Shown here in pieces: positions 1 to 13,730 of a stretch of DNA of 64,000 bases (the first letter of the stretch is position 1; the number at the start of each line of letters is the position of its first letter). Source of the DNA: Octopus vulgaris (lineage: Eukaryota); assembly GCA_951406725.2 (NCBI GenBank), contig OX597814.1, positions 140,244,001-140,308,000 of the forward strand, written 5' to 3'. Made by a program: the position numbers and the translations under genes. The notes beneath the pieces are model-generated. The model saw nothing but the letters and a program-made list of their open reading frames with translations, ran no database searches and was not told the DNA's origin.

Positions 1-898
1 TTCACTTGATCTAACAACTGAAATTCGTGGCTGGAAATCCTGACGTGAGACCCATTACAATGAGACATTATAATGATAATTTAAGTAACCCTTTTAATAC
101 ATCTGAGACCCAAGACGATCTTTAGTAATATGATATATATAGGTGTGTGTGTATATACATATATATCTAAATTAAAACTTATTTTGATAATTAGTGTAAG
201 AGCTCTTTGGTAAGATAATGTTCTGAACACCAGTTTGATATAAAAAGAAATAAAACAGCTAATTGCAGTATGGAAAATTCATGTTAGCCATATTACAAAC
301 AATAAATGTTTAAGTTAACAGCTATTGTATGTTTCTGAACAGCTAACATTTGATCATTTTAGCTTCAACACACTGTTTCAGACCAAAACACACTCCGTGC
401 AAGGACATCTCTGTAACAGTTAATTATTTGACTAAATCTCTCCATTATTTTTATTGTTTTCAAAACAAATTGAAACATTTTTATTAAAAATATGATCATG
501 AAAGTGTTAAAACACTTTCTGCAATAGCGAAAGTTACTTCTCCAGAGTTGTTTATAGCTGAATATTATTGGTTGAAAATAAAGTTACAATAATGTCTAGT
601 ACCATCTCATCTCCATCCCCTTATCCAAAGCATTCCAGCTTTAGCCTCACAAATTAAATAGGAATGGTTTTTCAGATCTTTTATGTAAACAATAACCTTC
701 CCGCTTCTAATGAATATGAGTGATAACATCTAAGCCTTTTTAAGCCTAATTTTCTATATTTATAATTTCACTGAAACTTCTTTGTAGATGGATTGATGTG
801 TGTGCCCCAGTATGGCCACAGTCTAATGACTGAAGCAAGTAAAAGATAAAAGCTATTTGTATATATACACACACACATACATTTGTAACATTTGTATG

Positions 899-943
<45 letters not shown>

Positions 944-1894
944 TTGTATATATGTATGTGTGTGATGATGATGATATGTATATATATTTGTATGTATGCA
1001 TATATGTGTATGTATGTATGAACACTAAATTCAGATATGATACATTGAAATGGATTTGCACTGAATGATCTCTGCATAACATTTACTTTATTTACCATGG
1101 GAAAATGGTAAATGTTTCTTTAGTGAAAACAAAACTAATTTATGATCACTTATTTTTAGTCAAGTATTACGAGATCTGTAGGATATTTTTACAGTTTGAT
1201 CTTGATTTGAAGCTACTGTTCACAGCATTAAAGAATATATTATTCTCCTAATCTTATTATCTTCATTATTTCATCATTGTTTGAGAAAACATGGTTGTTT
1301 GTTTTTTTATGTCCATAATTTATTTTTCATAAAACAATACATTAATACTCCCATGACATTAGTATAGGAATAATTTTCATCTCCAACTTGTTCCTACTAG
1401 TTTCACTGGTGTGTGTATTTTCTTTTTATTCCATTTCCATTTGATTTATAAAATAGTTATTTTAATTGTCACTAAATTACCATAACCCATTGAAATTACG
1501 AAAACTTTCTTATCACAGAGACTTCATCCTTTGGACACTCTGTTAGAGTGTTAAGTCAAATTCGACCCTTTTCTTTCTTTCTTTCTTTCTTCTTATACTC
1601 TTTTAATATCTGGTTATCTTAAATTTGATATAAACAACAACTTCCTGAAATATTGTTGAACATTTATAGAACACTAAAATAAAGGGAAAGTAATTTGTAG
1701 AAACTATGTATCTTAGATTTACAGTCTGATTTGTATATCCTTAAAAAAGCATTTCCAAAACCTCAAGCATGATATATTGGGTTATTTGTGTGCGCAAGTT
1801 CATTTATCCAGATTACAGCACATACTAGGCTAAAGTGTTACCTGGGAGTTTGAAAATCATTAGGGCACAAACGAAATTGTTAAATTCAAGATTT

Positions 1895-2330
1895 ATGAGG
1901 TCTGATCAAAAAAATATCGGGATTGTTATTATGGTAATGGAGCTAAAGTATGCAGAATGAAGCTGCTTGGCACAGATTGACCTTGAACTCTGTCATGCAT
2001 GCACACTGAGTTATAACATTCTTGCTCTTGCTTGGTAGTAAAGTGTGTAGAGCATAATCATCTAAAAAAAAATTATTGGGTTTCAGCAGTGCAGGATCTC
2101 ATTGATTGTATCAAGAAAGACAAAAACTTATTGAAAATAGTCATAATGGGTGATGAGTCATGGGTCTGTGACTAATGACCTTGAAACCAAGGCAAAAATC
2201 AAATCCCACTTGAAAGGAACAAGATTTCAAGACATCAAGGAAATCCAAGAGAATGGAATGAAGTTACTACTCACTATCCCCAAAAAATGAGTTCCAGTAA
2301 TATTTCCAATCCATGGAAATATTATTGGAA
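1895..2330 (+). mobile_element. Degenerate, internally deleted mariner
   Basis: Remnant peptides IMGDESWV..DLETK and LKGTRFQDIKEIQEN; TIR-like start tatgaggtctgatcaaaaa. Confidence 0.65.
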
Positions 2331-2365
2331 CATTACTAAGACCTTTGACAATATACCATGCGTGA

Positions 2366-2592
2366 AAGGCGGTGAGCTGGCAAAAATGTTAGCATGCCGG
2401 GTGAAATGCTTAGCGGTATATAGTCTGTCTTTATGTTCTGAGTTCAAATTCCACCAAGGTCGACTTTGCCTTTCATCCTTTCAGGGGTTGATAAATTAAG
2501 TACCAGTTGCATACTGGGGTCAATACAATCAACTGCCCCCCCCCCCAAAAAAAATGTTGGCCCTTGTGCCAAGAGTAGAAAAGAATATTATA
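2366..2592 (+). mobile_element. Second SINE family copy
   Basis: Matches the 58908 copy. Other + copies at about 21380-21540, 25858-26050, 39190-39400, 56430-56630, 63771-63975. Confidence 0.8.
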
Positions 2593-4769
2593 TTAAGCAG
2601 TAAGTTGGCAGATTTATTAGAGCATTTGATTGAATCTGTTGTGGTAGTAATTCTGACGTGCTGTGCTCTGAGTTCAAATCCTGACAGGTTCAACTTTGCC
2701 TGTCTTCCTTTCAAGCTTGATAGTAAAGTAGGTGTTGCAGTGGCTGTGTGGTAAGAAGCTTGCTTCCCACCACACAGTTCAGTTTCTGTCTATTTAATTC
2801 ACTCAAGGCTTTGGTCATCTCAGGGCTGTAGCAGAAGACTAACTAAGGTGCCACATAATGAGATGGAATCTGATTGAGAATCAAACTTCTTACCACACAG
2901 CCACACCTAATATATTAACAAATATAGAAACCAAAATTTAATAAGCAGCAATGTAAAATTTCATTGTTTTTATAACAATTAGGAGGAATTCATTCCTATG
3001 TAGAAGATGTTGACTTAAAATACATTTATTTACAATAGAACTAAAGGAACAGAATTGTAAGTCTGACACTCATTCTATGAATAATTTATATTAAATTTAA
3101 TAAATTCTAAAAGATCAACAATATGGAAATTGTCTATTGTCAGTTTGTGTAATCCATTATGACTACAACACCTGGGATAGCTCTTCTAGATTTTTCCCTT
3201 CAATTCTTCTTAAATGCATAAGGAATATTGATTAGTGTATTTATTTACAAGCTGCTAACATACTGATTGATGAATCTTATTCAGTATAATGTGAAACTCG
3301 TCTGCTGTTTCTCACATCTGAAAATCTTGGTTTTCTCCTGATTCAGTGGTTCCTCCATGTTGATATTCTCAGACGAGACAAGCAGGAACAAAGATAGCAA
3401 CAAAATACTGGCTGTAGGTATGATTGTTGTTGCATCTTGTATTCTTTGTATTTTTCTTCAACTTCCTTTTGTCAGAAAAGGTCGGTTTCAGTAGTGATAG
3501 AGTTGGAATAGATCTGGCCTTAGTTTCTCACAATTTTGTCTAAATTTTAGCCATTTTGGGGGTTGACCTCAGCTGGTCTTTTTAATGGCAAAGAAGACAT
3601 CATAGAGATCTTTTACTGGTGATTAAATCGCTAGAAAGAATTTGACGAGGAAATCTCTCTTCATTCTAACTACATTCTGACCACCACCACCTCTTCTATA
3701 GCCCAGGTTTCATGGTGGTGGATTCTATGCTTTGGCTGTTGGTTTTTCATATACAGCATTGTTGGTTATGTAACCCTCCCATTTTGATGTTTAAAATTAC
3801 ACAGGGCTTTCCTGGATTGAAATGCTCTAGCTTTTCTTTTATTTTTTTTTTATTTTGATACTCCAACAATGAATTACCCAGTATGAGATTATATGGAAAA
3901 AAAATTTTTTATGCTATCAACTTATAATTAAAAGTTTACTTAGAAGAGAGGTTAATCAATATCTATCCTACAGATTAGTCCCTAATTCAGATAGCGCCCT
4001 CATCTTAGATTGTCTTGCATCTTGTAAGTTTAAAATAATTTTAGAAACATATTTGTACATTAAAGAAACAAAGTCAAAATAGTCCTAAGTTTTGCTTTAA
4101 CCTACCTGCTATGGTTGTAATGGCAATAAAAGAATTTATCTATGCTCTAAAAGTTATTCAGAAACTAAAAGTTTTATTATGATCTCAGTTCTTATTTATT
4201 ACAAAACCAGTCACACCTGGTTTTCTTTTATATTTTGGAGTGTGTGACTCTGCTGCTACATTGTACCATATATGTGGTAATTTTTTTCATTTCTTAAAAT
4301 ACAGTGATTTTCTTTTTAAATTCATTCAAAATTCTTATATTATCATATTAAGTAAGCATAAAGAACCATCATTAATTACCAAAATGCAGATTATAAAACA
4401 AGTAGAAGGAGAGAAAAGAAAAGTGTTGTTGGGAAATTATACATTGCTCTGTCTAGTTGAATAACAATAAGGAATCAATTTAACTCAAAAGAAGTTGCCA
4501 GGTGAAATTCAAGCAAGTGTAACATGTCTTAACTAGCATGAGCACACATTAAAATTATTGTAAATGTGGAGAAAATATTAAGTATTTAGGTGGTTGTATG
4601 TAACAGTGTTATTCACCACAATCTCAGGTTATCTAGAAAAAGACTTCAAATTTATACAAAGGAAGAAGCCGAGGATGTTGCTAAAATATACATTGCTTCT
4701 TATGGATTAAAATCAAAGATGATCAGTAATGCAATATTTATTTTCTGTTTCATATTTTTACTTGTTGTA

Positions 4770-5227
4770 CAGTAACCGCCTGCTATATCGCAGTTCACCT
4801 ATCACACCCTCAGTACATCATGGATTTTTCTGGCCAATATATGTAAATCTATATCGTGGACTCCTCAGTATATTATGAGATTATACGGCCAATAGATATT
4901 TATCTTTTTTTAGATTTTATTTCTGTGGTAAAATAAGCATTTTCACGCCTATAAATTAATAAATCAAAATACAGTACAGTACTGCACTGTATAACACATT
5001 AATTAAAATATATTAAAAGAAAATATGTAGTGTACCATAGATGAGCAAACAAAGAATCGTACATACTGTATAGAAAATGAAACTTGCATTTATAATAAAA
5101 TAAATATATACAAATTAGAAAAACAATAAAAACGATACACAGTACAGTACTGTTTCTATTTGGCAGATTTTCAACTATCACGGGGTGGTTTTGGAACATA
5201 ACACCTGTGATATTCAAGGGATTACTG
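4770..5227. mobile_element. Tigger/pogo-like MITE
   Basis: TA|CAGTAACC...GGATTACTG|TA, imperfect TIRs. Confidence 0.65.
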
Positions 5228-5234
5228 TATAAAT

Positions 5235-5450
5235 CAGGGGTGGGCAAAATACGGCCCGCGGGCCGCATGCGGCCCGCCATAGGTTTTCATGCGGCCCGCC
5301 GAGAGCTTTTATGAATCCCAACTTCTATGCAGATACTTCGTAACTGTACGGTAATTCACAATATTTTCACTTGATTTTTATAAATGAGGCCCGCCAAGGT
5401 TCCAAAGACGCACTGTGCGGCCCGCGATCAAAAAAGTTTGCCCACCCCTG
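5235..5450. mobile_element. hAT (Charlie-like) MITE
   Basis: TIRs CAGGGGTGGGCAAA / TTTGCCCACCCCTG, perfect 8-bp TSD GTATAAAT (5227-5234, 5451-5458), internal GCGGCCCGC motifs. Confidence 0.93.
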
Positions 5451-5822
5451 GTATAAATGAAAGAAAATTTATCTTTGACTGAAATACATATAATTTTGAT
5501 GAAAAGACGTCTTTTCTTTTTGTAAGTAAATGTATTGTAGGTCTATTCAGTTTTAAATAAGCAGGTATTTTTTTCAATGATTAAAATAGCTTATCTGCAA
5601 AATACTATTTTACCTTTCCCTGATTATAAAATTGTGAAAGAAGTGAAACATTAATTAATCTTGATATTCATGTCTGTGTGTGTTTGTGTGTGTACCTAGA
5701 TGTACTGAGTCCACCAAAAAGTGTATACCTTCTTCGAGAAAAGGAGAAATGTAGAAACATTTTAATACTGAATTTTTTCAGACATTACATGATTAATATA
5801 AATTGCCTTAAACCTCTACAAT

Positions 5823-7095
5823 TACAAGAGGTGCTCAAAGTGGTGGCCATTAGCTTTTAGACACTTATTTGCATGGTGAACTGCTGCTTAGGCAATGTTA
5901 ACCAAAGTGTCCAGAGAGATTACTACAAATGTTGTTTCAATTTTCTCCTGGAGAGCAATCAGTGTAGCCAGTTTTCTGTGATATACGACATCCTTTAGTG
6001 TGACTCATAAGTAAAAGTCTACAGGTGTTAAGTCAGGAGAACATGTGGAGAACTCAACCATACTTCTTTGTCCCATCCAGTGTCCTTGCAAATTTTCATC
6101 CAGGTTAATTCACATATCTTGGTAGTAGTCTAGAAGTACACCATCATGAAAGATAAGTTCATCATTTCCATAAGATGTGAATGGACATGCTTAGCATGTC
6201 TAGGTACACTTGACCAGTGACAGTACCTTCAAAGCAAAATGGTCCCATTAAACTTGATGACACTCTACACAATGACTGCTTTGTCCACATACAAACGAGG
6301 ATTTTCTGGTGCTCAGTAAACACAAATATATCAGATCACTGTTCCATTTAGCTTAAATTATGCATCATCAGATCACACAACTGTCCTCACAAACTCTTTT
6401 TCCTCACCTACCATGTGTTGAAATCACTCACAAAACTTGATTCTTTGATCAAGTTCATCGTTGTTAATTGCATGTAATAATCTTGAGGTGTAAGCTTCCC
6501 ACTTAGCTCTTTTAAGAAAGCACCATATGCTTGTACTAGTCTCATGTGCACATAGTATGGTAGACTTCTTTGGCAAATGTTTGAAATATTCCACCCCCAT
6601 AACCAAAGAAGCAGCACTTACTACTCTCCGAAGTCTGAGAGATTTTTCCCTTTTGCACATCTTACACAGTGTCATGTGTTTCAAACTGACCACAAATCTA
6701 TGAAAGTAACAGGTGTGTTAGAGGTTCTGTTCCAAACTCATGCCTCCATTGTTGTTGAATATCAACATCTTTCTCAAATTTGAAATACCACTTTAAAATG
6801 GTCTTACATTCCTTAAACAACAACCATACCTCTACCACCTTGTCACAGTTGCTCACAATAGCATCAAGAAATCATAAGAAAGTTTCTAGCTTTTTTAATC
6901 TTAAAATAATGCCCATTGGCTATTTCATACATCAACAATTGATCGAGTCCAACCTAACTTTCTCGATATCACACCTTACCAGCAGTAAAAATAACAATAT
7001 TTTTAAAATGAAAAATTTTTTCATTAAAATTTAGAAACTTTTTTTTTAATATTCAAAGAGGCTAGAAAAGGCAAAAAAAGTTAAAGGTAACCTGT
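5823..7095 (-). mobile_element. Decayed Tc1/mariner-superfamily transposase
   Basis: Minus-strand remnants WMGQR..SPDLTPVDFYL*VTLKDVVY and C-terminal ANGHHFEHLL*. Boundaries approximate. Confidence 0.65.
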
Positions 7096-8623
7096 ATTAA
7101 TCCCATGATGTGTGAATAGATTTAGTATTAAAATATTTCTACATGTTTTTCTTTCCCTGAAGTGCGTATAAACATTTTCTGGCATATTCTGTACATAAAT
7201 ACAAAAATATACACACGCATACATTTATATAATGCTACTTGATCAATACTGTTGTTCATTCTATTGTTGTTTGGTCTCATATTGAATACCATTTTAATTT
7301 CTACCTTGTGTGTGTGTGTCTGTCTGTCTCTTTGTGGGTATTTTTTTTTTTTCAATATCCATCACTGTTGAAAGAAAACATTAACCACCTCCAAAATTCA
7401 TAAACTCCCAGGCTTAATGTCAGTTATTGGTTCATTTCAGTATCATTATCAATCTAATCTAAATTGTGGAAGCAAGACAAAGTAAACTAGATTTCAAAAG
7501 AAAAAGAACTCTTCATATATTGTCCTTGGATTCATGGATGAATCCCAGAGGATCAAGTGTTAGTTTAGTTAGATCTCAATTTGTTGCATTTTGCATGATT
7601 GGTTCAAAATTGTGTCTGTTAGAAAGTATCTGCTCTGACTTTGGAAATTTTCTGTTTATTTTTGTTTTCCTACCTTTAATGTTCACAACATTGTTCATAT
7701 ATTACTTTGTATCTGTTATCCCCTGTTTCTCTGATATATTTAAACCTCTGTGTGTCTGTATCCCAAAATGTATTATTTCTTTTAAAAAGTCTGTCTTCAT
7801 TTTCCCCCTACACTATGAGCATTCTTCATTATAAATCATACAGGTATTGCCTGCACTTTGGCACATGCTTTATATTTTGTATTTGTACCGCTGTAACGAA
7901 TCACTATTCTCTTGAACAGATGCTGTATAAAATCACACATTTATGAACAGTTTTTCAATTGTTTTGTATGCTTGACTTGAGAGCCAGTATCCAATAATTG
8001 CCACAATCAGACAAAGATGGTTTCTTCAATTAGAGCTATAACATTTCAGTTTGTTTTAAATAATGAATGTGACTCCTAATATATGTTTTTTTATCTATTC
8101 ATTTATTTGTTCATTTAATCAATGTAAATCTATTTGTTTATGAATTACATAAATTATTTATACTACATACATACACATACATATGTGAATCTTCTTATAC
8201 ATTATTGACATTATTGTAAATCATCCTGAGGCGAAGCTCTGACATATATATTAGAAAATATATTGGCAAAATATTGGCAAGATGCAACTATATGTATTAC
8301 TGTTATGGATTAAATATCAACATTTCAATAAATACTAGTTAACCTTCTAATTTTAATAAATATTAATAACCCACAATAAATATTAATACACTTCATACTT
8401 AAGCTCACTACTGCCATCCCTAACAGCAAACTTACTTTCCATTAAAAGCCCATAAGTTGTAACACACTAACTCTATTTACTTCATTAATCATTCTTTCTA
8501 AATTCAAATTGTACATTTTTTTTTTGTTCTCATTGTTGCTATTTCATTTCTTCTCAATTTTCATGCTTTTTTCCATTCATTTATACATTCAATCATTGCT
8601 TCATTACATTAATCTGTATTTAG

Positions 8624-8659
8624 GCGCAAGTCCAGCATATCCAGCCTGGGTGCATCTTT
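8624..8659 (+). CDS. Candidate 36-nt micro-exon of the SLC4 gene (RKSSISSLGAS-L)
   Basis: ctgtatttag|GCGCAAGTCCAGCATATCCAGCCTGGGTGCATCTTT|gtaagta. Phase 2-2, GC-rich island in AT-rich intron, similar to the 21793 exon. Confidence 0.7.
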
Positions 8660-9419
8660 GTAAGTATCTCATGTCTCCTCTCCCTCAATCATTAGCTGAG
8701 AACCCACCTCTTTTTTTGTTTTTTATCAATATATAATGTTAGTATCTTTATCTTTTTAATGTCCTAGTGTAGTACAAGTTATATTAATTATCTTTTGATT
8801 TATGCATTACTGAATGCATTTAGTATACCACATTTTACTTACATAGATATAAGTAATTATATGTGTATGTGTATATAGATAGCTAGATAGATATTCAGGT
8901 ATAGATGTACAACATCTATACACACACACGCACACATACATAATCTGTTTTACAATTTCTCACCAAATAGTCAAACAGAATAATTGGTAGATATTTGGTT
9001 AAGTGGCTGCTTGAATAACTAACGGGAGGGGAAAAGCATGCTAATATGTGGGCCAATCTTCCATGATTGCAATAATGATGTCCAGAGAATGATAATGTCA
9101 GATGATGCCAAAATCACCTTGCATGTTCAAATTGTTTGGATAAGCCATATCCCTGCTGAAACTATGAAATCAGTGTCAATGATGTTATTAAATAATATCA
9201 GACTCTACTTTTGTAATGAGTCTTTCATTCAGTTAAGTTCACATGTTTTTTGTGGGGTTTTTTATCTATTTGCTTCCCAACCTTATGATTCCAGGTTCGG
9301 TCCTGCTGCGTAGCACCTTGGGCAAGTGTCTTTTTCTATAGCCTCAGGCTGACCAAAACTTTGTGAGTGAATTTAGCAGATGGAAGCTGAAAGAAGCTTG
9401 TTGTATACATGTGTGTGTG

Positions 9420-9480
<61 letters not shown>

Positions 9481-9800
9481 TACTGCTTGACAGTAGTGCT
9501 TGTTGTGTTTACATTCCTGTAACTTAATGGTTTGGCAAAGAGACCAATAGAATAAGTAGCAGGCTTTAAAAAAAAGTACTGGAGTTGATATGGTTGACTA
9601 AAAGTTCTTCAAGGCAATACCCCAGCATGGCCACGGTCTAATGACTGACACAAGTAAAAATAAAAGAAATAGATATATAGATAGGTGTGATCCTGTTTAT
9701 TTAAATCTCTTGTGTCATATCCCTTACTAGGTGTATATGTCATCTCTCATGCACATATTCAGCTATTATAATATATTGAAGCATACACAGCATATACATA

Positions 9801-10186
9801 GGCGCAGGAGTGGCTGTGTGGTAAGTAGCTTGTTTACTAACCACATGGTTCCGGGTTCAGTCCCACTGCATGGCACCTTGGGCAAGTGTCTTCTACTATA
9901 GCCTCGTGCCAACCAAAGCCTTGTGAGTGGATTTGGTAGATGGAAACTGAAAGAAGCCCGTTGTATATATGTGTATATATATATATGCGTGTGTGTATTT
10001 GTCCCCCTAGCATTGCTTGACAACCGATGCTGGTGTGTTTATGTCCCCGTTACTTAGCGGTTCGGCAAAAGAGACCGATAGAATAAGTACTGGGTTTACA
10101 AAAGAATAAGTTCTGGGGTTAAGTTGCTCGATTAAAGGCGGTGCTCCAGCATGGCCGCAGTCAAATGACTGAAACAAGTAAAAGAG
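9801..10186 (+). mobile_element. tRNA-derived CORE-type SINE (octopus OK/OR-like), full length
   Basis: A box TGGCTGTGTGG, B box GGTTCAGTCCC, CORE-like CCTTGGGCAAG, tail gactgaaacaagtaaaag. A tandem older copy lies at about 9270-9670. Confidence 0.85.
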
Positions 10187-10465
10187 ATATTCGGATGTAC
10201 ATTCCAACAAACATAGAGTAAAATCTATTAATATTACTATATTTTCTCCTTGGTATGTAAACAAAATTTTTACATGTATATTTAATCACTTATATCACGC
10301 AAACCCTGTTAATCAAAATGATCAAATATTGTCTTAATCTACTTCTGTGTGTATGATATCTACACATTAGAATTATTATACTGAAATTAGAAAACTATCT
10401 TCATATAAGTCAGACATTTACATTGTACAGTGGAAAATATTTTAAAGCAGATGGGTTTTCTCTCA

Positions 10466-10510
<45 letters not shown>

Positions 10511-11574
10511 TCCCTCTCTTAGTTTATTTCATCTTCCCTCCTGTTTTTCTAAAGTCTGGAAATATATGGAATTTACAAACATATATTTATTAATTATTAT
10601 GGATTACAACTCTATAACGTACCATGTCTGAGATGTCTCTTTTGTTCTAGACGTTTTGCTCAGATCAAACTAAGAGAATTACTATCTTATACATTAATAT
10701 ATATTTTTTGTAGATCTTTGGAACATTGTTCCAAAATATTATTGTAGCATCAGGCCACAAACAATAGTTTCCATCATCTTTGAACTTGAACCTATAATAT
10801 TGAGTAATATGGCTTTAAGTTTCTTGTTTTCTAACAGTTGTCTTATAATAAAAATTTTGTTATATACATTTAGAAGTCATATAAATACTGATATCTTTTT
10901 TGTCTTTTTTCCTTCTGTATTTCACATATTTTGACCTTACATATTCTGTCTTTTAATGTTATAAAGCATCTTTGCATAGTATGATGTAAATCTTAAAAAA
11001 AAAAATAATTCATAACATTTTTAGTTTAATTTGATTGGTTATTTGAAGGAATTGGTAATTTCCATTTCATAATTTGTTTCAGTTGACTTTTCAAAGACAG
11101 TGAATGCTATTTTTGAAAAGAAAATCTAGAGAGTTTAATGTATATTTAAAGAATGTTTTATAAAATATTAATACATATTGTGGCTAAAGGACTTCTGGTT
11201 CACAGGAATAATAAAGTTAAATTATTAGGGTTTGTTTCATTTTTTTAAACATTAATTCTGCATACACAATTGGATTTGTTAACATTTGTAATTTATGAAA
11301 CTAGAATTCTCTTTGAAAATATACATGTTATAATTTCTGACGATAAAATACTTTACTTTACCATCAAGCTATTTGAAATACTTTTGAAAGATTTCTGTTG
11401 ATAACTTTCTAGAGAGTTTTTTTTAAATCATATCTAAAGTTTGGAACAATATCAAGTAATGTATAAATCTTGATTAATGGTCATAGTAATTAGTTCATTA
11501 TTTTTATACATCTTCATCATAGTGATTAAATTGGTACTGCTTTATATGTTCTATAGATATATACTTTTATCTAG

Positions 11575-11583
11575 AACAAAAAG
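11575..11583 (+). CDS. Possible 9-nt micro-exon (T-K-R)
   Basis: cttttatctag|AACAAAAAG|gtatgt. Frame-preserving and open in phase 2, but short enough to arise by chance. Confidence 0.25.
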
Positions 11584-12662
11584 GTATGTTATTCCATTTC
11601 TTGTATATTACTGGTCATCTGTTAATATAATTTGCTGGGGTTTTTTTTTCCTTTCTTAGAAGTATTCAATTATTCCTTGTGCTCCAATATTCATTCTCTC
11701 CTCATCTTTGTTTTGAATATGGATCATTTAATTAGATATCAGTTGACTTTCTTTGGTTTCTGCTACAGCATACAATCATAAGATATTTACAGTATATTTG
11801 TTTATAATTGTTTTCCAAAACGTCTTATACAGCTAGACATAGAAAAGGTTTAGCAAGTTTGGTTTTAATTTCATATGTATTATTTGCTATTGCTTCAAGA
11901 ATTATTCCTTGAACAAATCTAATCACTGTTTCTTCTGACATAGCTGAAATGCATTTACTTTTTACCAGTTCCCAAATTTTTGTTTTGTTTTGCTGATTCT
12001 TTGAATTGTAATGTTCTATTGTTGTTGAAGCTCAGGTCAGTCCTACAGAATAAACGTATAATCAAAGGCATTGCAGCCATCTTTCAGGATCATTGAAACA
12101 GGACCACATTATCAATATGCCCTTTTTTTTGTAGGACACCAGAGTATGTGTTGAGAAGAATTTGGCTGCTACATTTAGCAGGCAAAGCAACCATGTAGAG
12201 ATACCCTAACTACCCCTTAAAAAGATATTTGTGAAATTTTTTAAAATACCCTCTCCTCTTTGCTGAAGAGAAGACTAAATAGAGTTTACACCCATAAAAT
12301 TCTTCTTTCTTTACCATAGTGTTGGACAGGTTTAAAAAGTTTAAAACCATCATTGGATTGCCTTTGTTCAGTCCATTGCAGGACAAAGACCTCAGCATGT
12401 TCCCGTCACCAACCAATTTCATGTAGAGGCTATGAATCTGAGCTTGAGATCATACTGGTTTTATGACACTACTCTACCACAGTGGCTCAACATAGCCTGG
12501 CAGAGGGATGTAGTTTTTTATATTCATGACCAGGATTAGTCAAGTTGATTACATCACAATGTTATCAGACATGTCAATATTTCAACCCTGTTTTAATCCT
12601 CACAGCCCTTACAACCAGAAGATCTGTCCTTCCTATGATAAACACTTAGATCTTATATACAT

Positions 12663-12702
<40 letters not shown>

Positions 12703-12704
<2 letters not shown>

Positions 12705-13485
12705 TGGCTTGATTTAATTTAATCAGGTTAGTTTACCATTAAACGGTAGATGAAACGGTGCATCGTCTAAGAAATTACAGGGTAAAAGTTTTTCAATTTT
12801 CTCCTGGTTTACGGTATTAATGTTATTTTGCGGTTAAAGCTTTTGGCTGTTATTTCTAGTGGGTGAATGGCCTATTATGGCCGTTCCTTGATTGTGATGT
12901 TGAACGTAAAAATGGTTTATGACTATTTAATTTTTTCCTACTAGGCCGCTGGTGGCAAAAGAATTCTACAAAATTTTTTTGCCACCCTATATTGATTAAT
13001 TATGAATTTTCTGGTTAGTTCCGTAACGGAATCGGTGGCTTATATTTATTTGCTGCCGATAAATTTGGCGCGAGTGCGACGATTTGAAAATTTTAAGTCA
13101 GATATTGCCGAGGTAGCAAGAGGAATGCCTCGTGAAAAATATCTGTTCCGATTTGGCTATTTCTTACTGATGAGTCTAAGGGCCTATGGTGGATTGGCTT
13201 GATTTAATTTAATCAGGTTAGTTTACCATTAAACGGTAGATGAAACGGTGCATCGTCTAAGAAATTACAGGGTAAAAGTTTTTCAATTTTCTCCTGGTTT
13301 ACGGTATTAATGTTATTTTGCGGTTAAAGCTTTTGGCTGTTATTTCTAGTGGGTGAATGGCCTATTATGGCCGTTCCTTGATTGTGATATTGAACGTAAA
13401 AATGGTATATGACTATTTAATTTTTTCCTACTAGGCCGCTGGTGGCAAAAGAATTCTACAAAATTTTTTTGCCACCCTATATTGA

Positions 13486-13490
<5 letters not shown>
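12703..13490 (+). mobile_element. Non-coding tandem retroelement (retrozyme / Penelope pLTR-like), 490-bp period, about 1.6 copies
   Basis: 12703-13000 is repeated at 13193-13490 with only two substitutions seen. Flanked by (TA)n on both sides and contains a hammerhead core. Confidence 0.8.
13159..13265 (+). ncRNA. Type I hammerhead ribozyme
   Basis: Stem I ATTTCTTA/TAAGAAAT (8 bp), CTGATGA at 13167-13173, stem II GTCTA/TAGAT plus a long G-U-rich hairpin, GAAA at 13242-13245, near-palindromic stem III ACGGTGCATCGT, GTC cleavage triplet ending 13257. Confidence 0.85.
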
Positions 13491-13528
<38 letters not shown>

Positions 13529-13730
13529 ATATGTATGTATGTATATATGTATGTATGTATATATGTATGTATGTATATATGTATGTATATATGTGTGTAT
13601 ATATATATGTGTGTATATATATATATATATACATACACACACACACACACACACGCATATATATATGTATATATGTGTATGTATATCTATGTATGTGTAT
13701 GTTTTATATATATATATATATATATATTAT
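13491..13730. repeat. Compound (TA)/(TATG)/(CA) microsatellite, one of many in the window
   Basis: Directly visible; the source of the YI/YV-rich spurious ORFs. Confidence 0.95.

Noticed and set aside
3300-3800. Less AT-rich stretch that looks like decayed coding sequence
   Set aside because: No long ORF or recognisable motif found on either strand.
3974-4023. Possible third micro-exon ending GCATCTT|gtaagt
   Set aside because: Length and phase do not fit (50 nt, or a stop if 33 nt) and there is no R-R/K-x-S motif.
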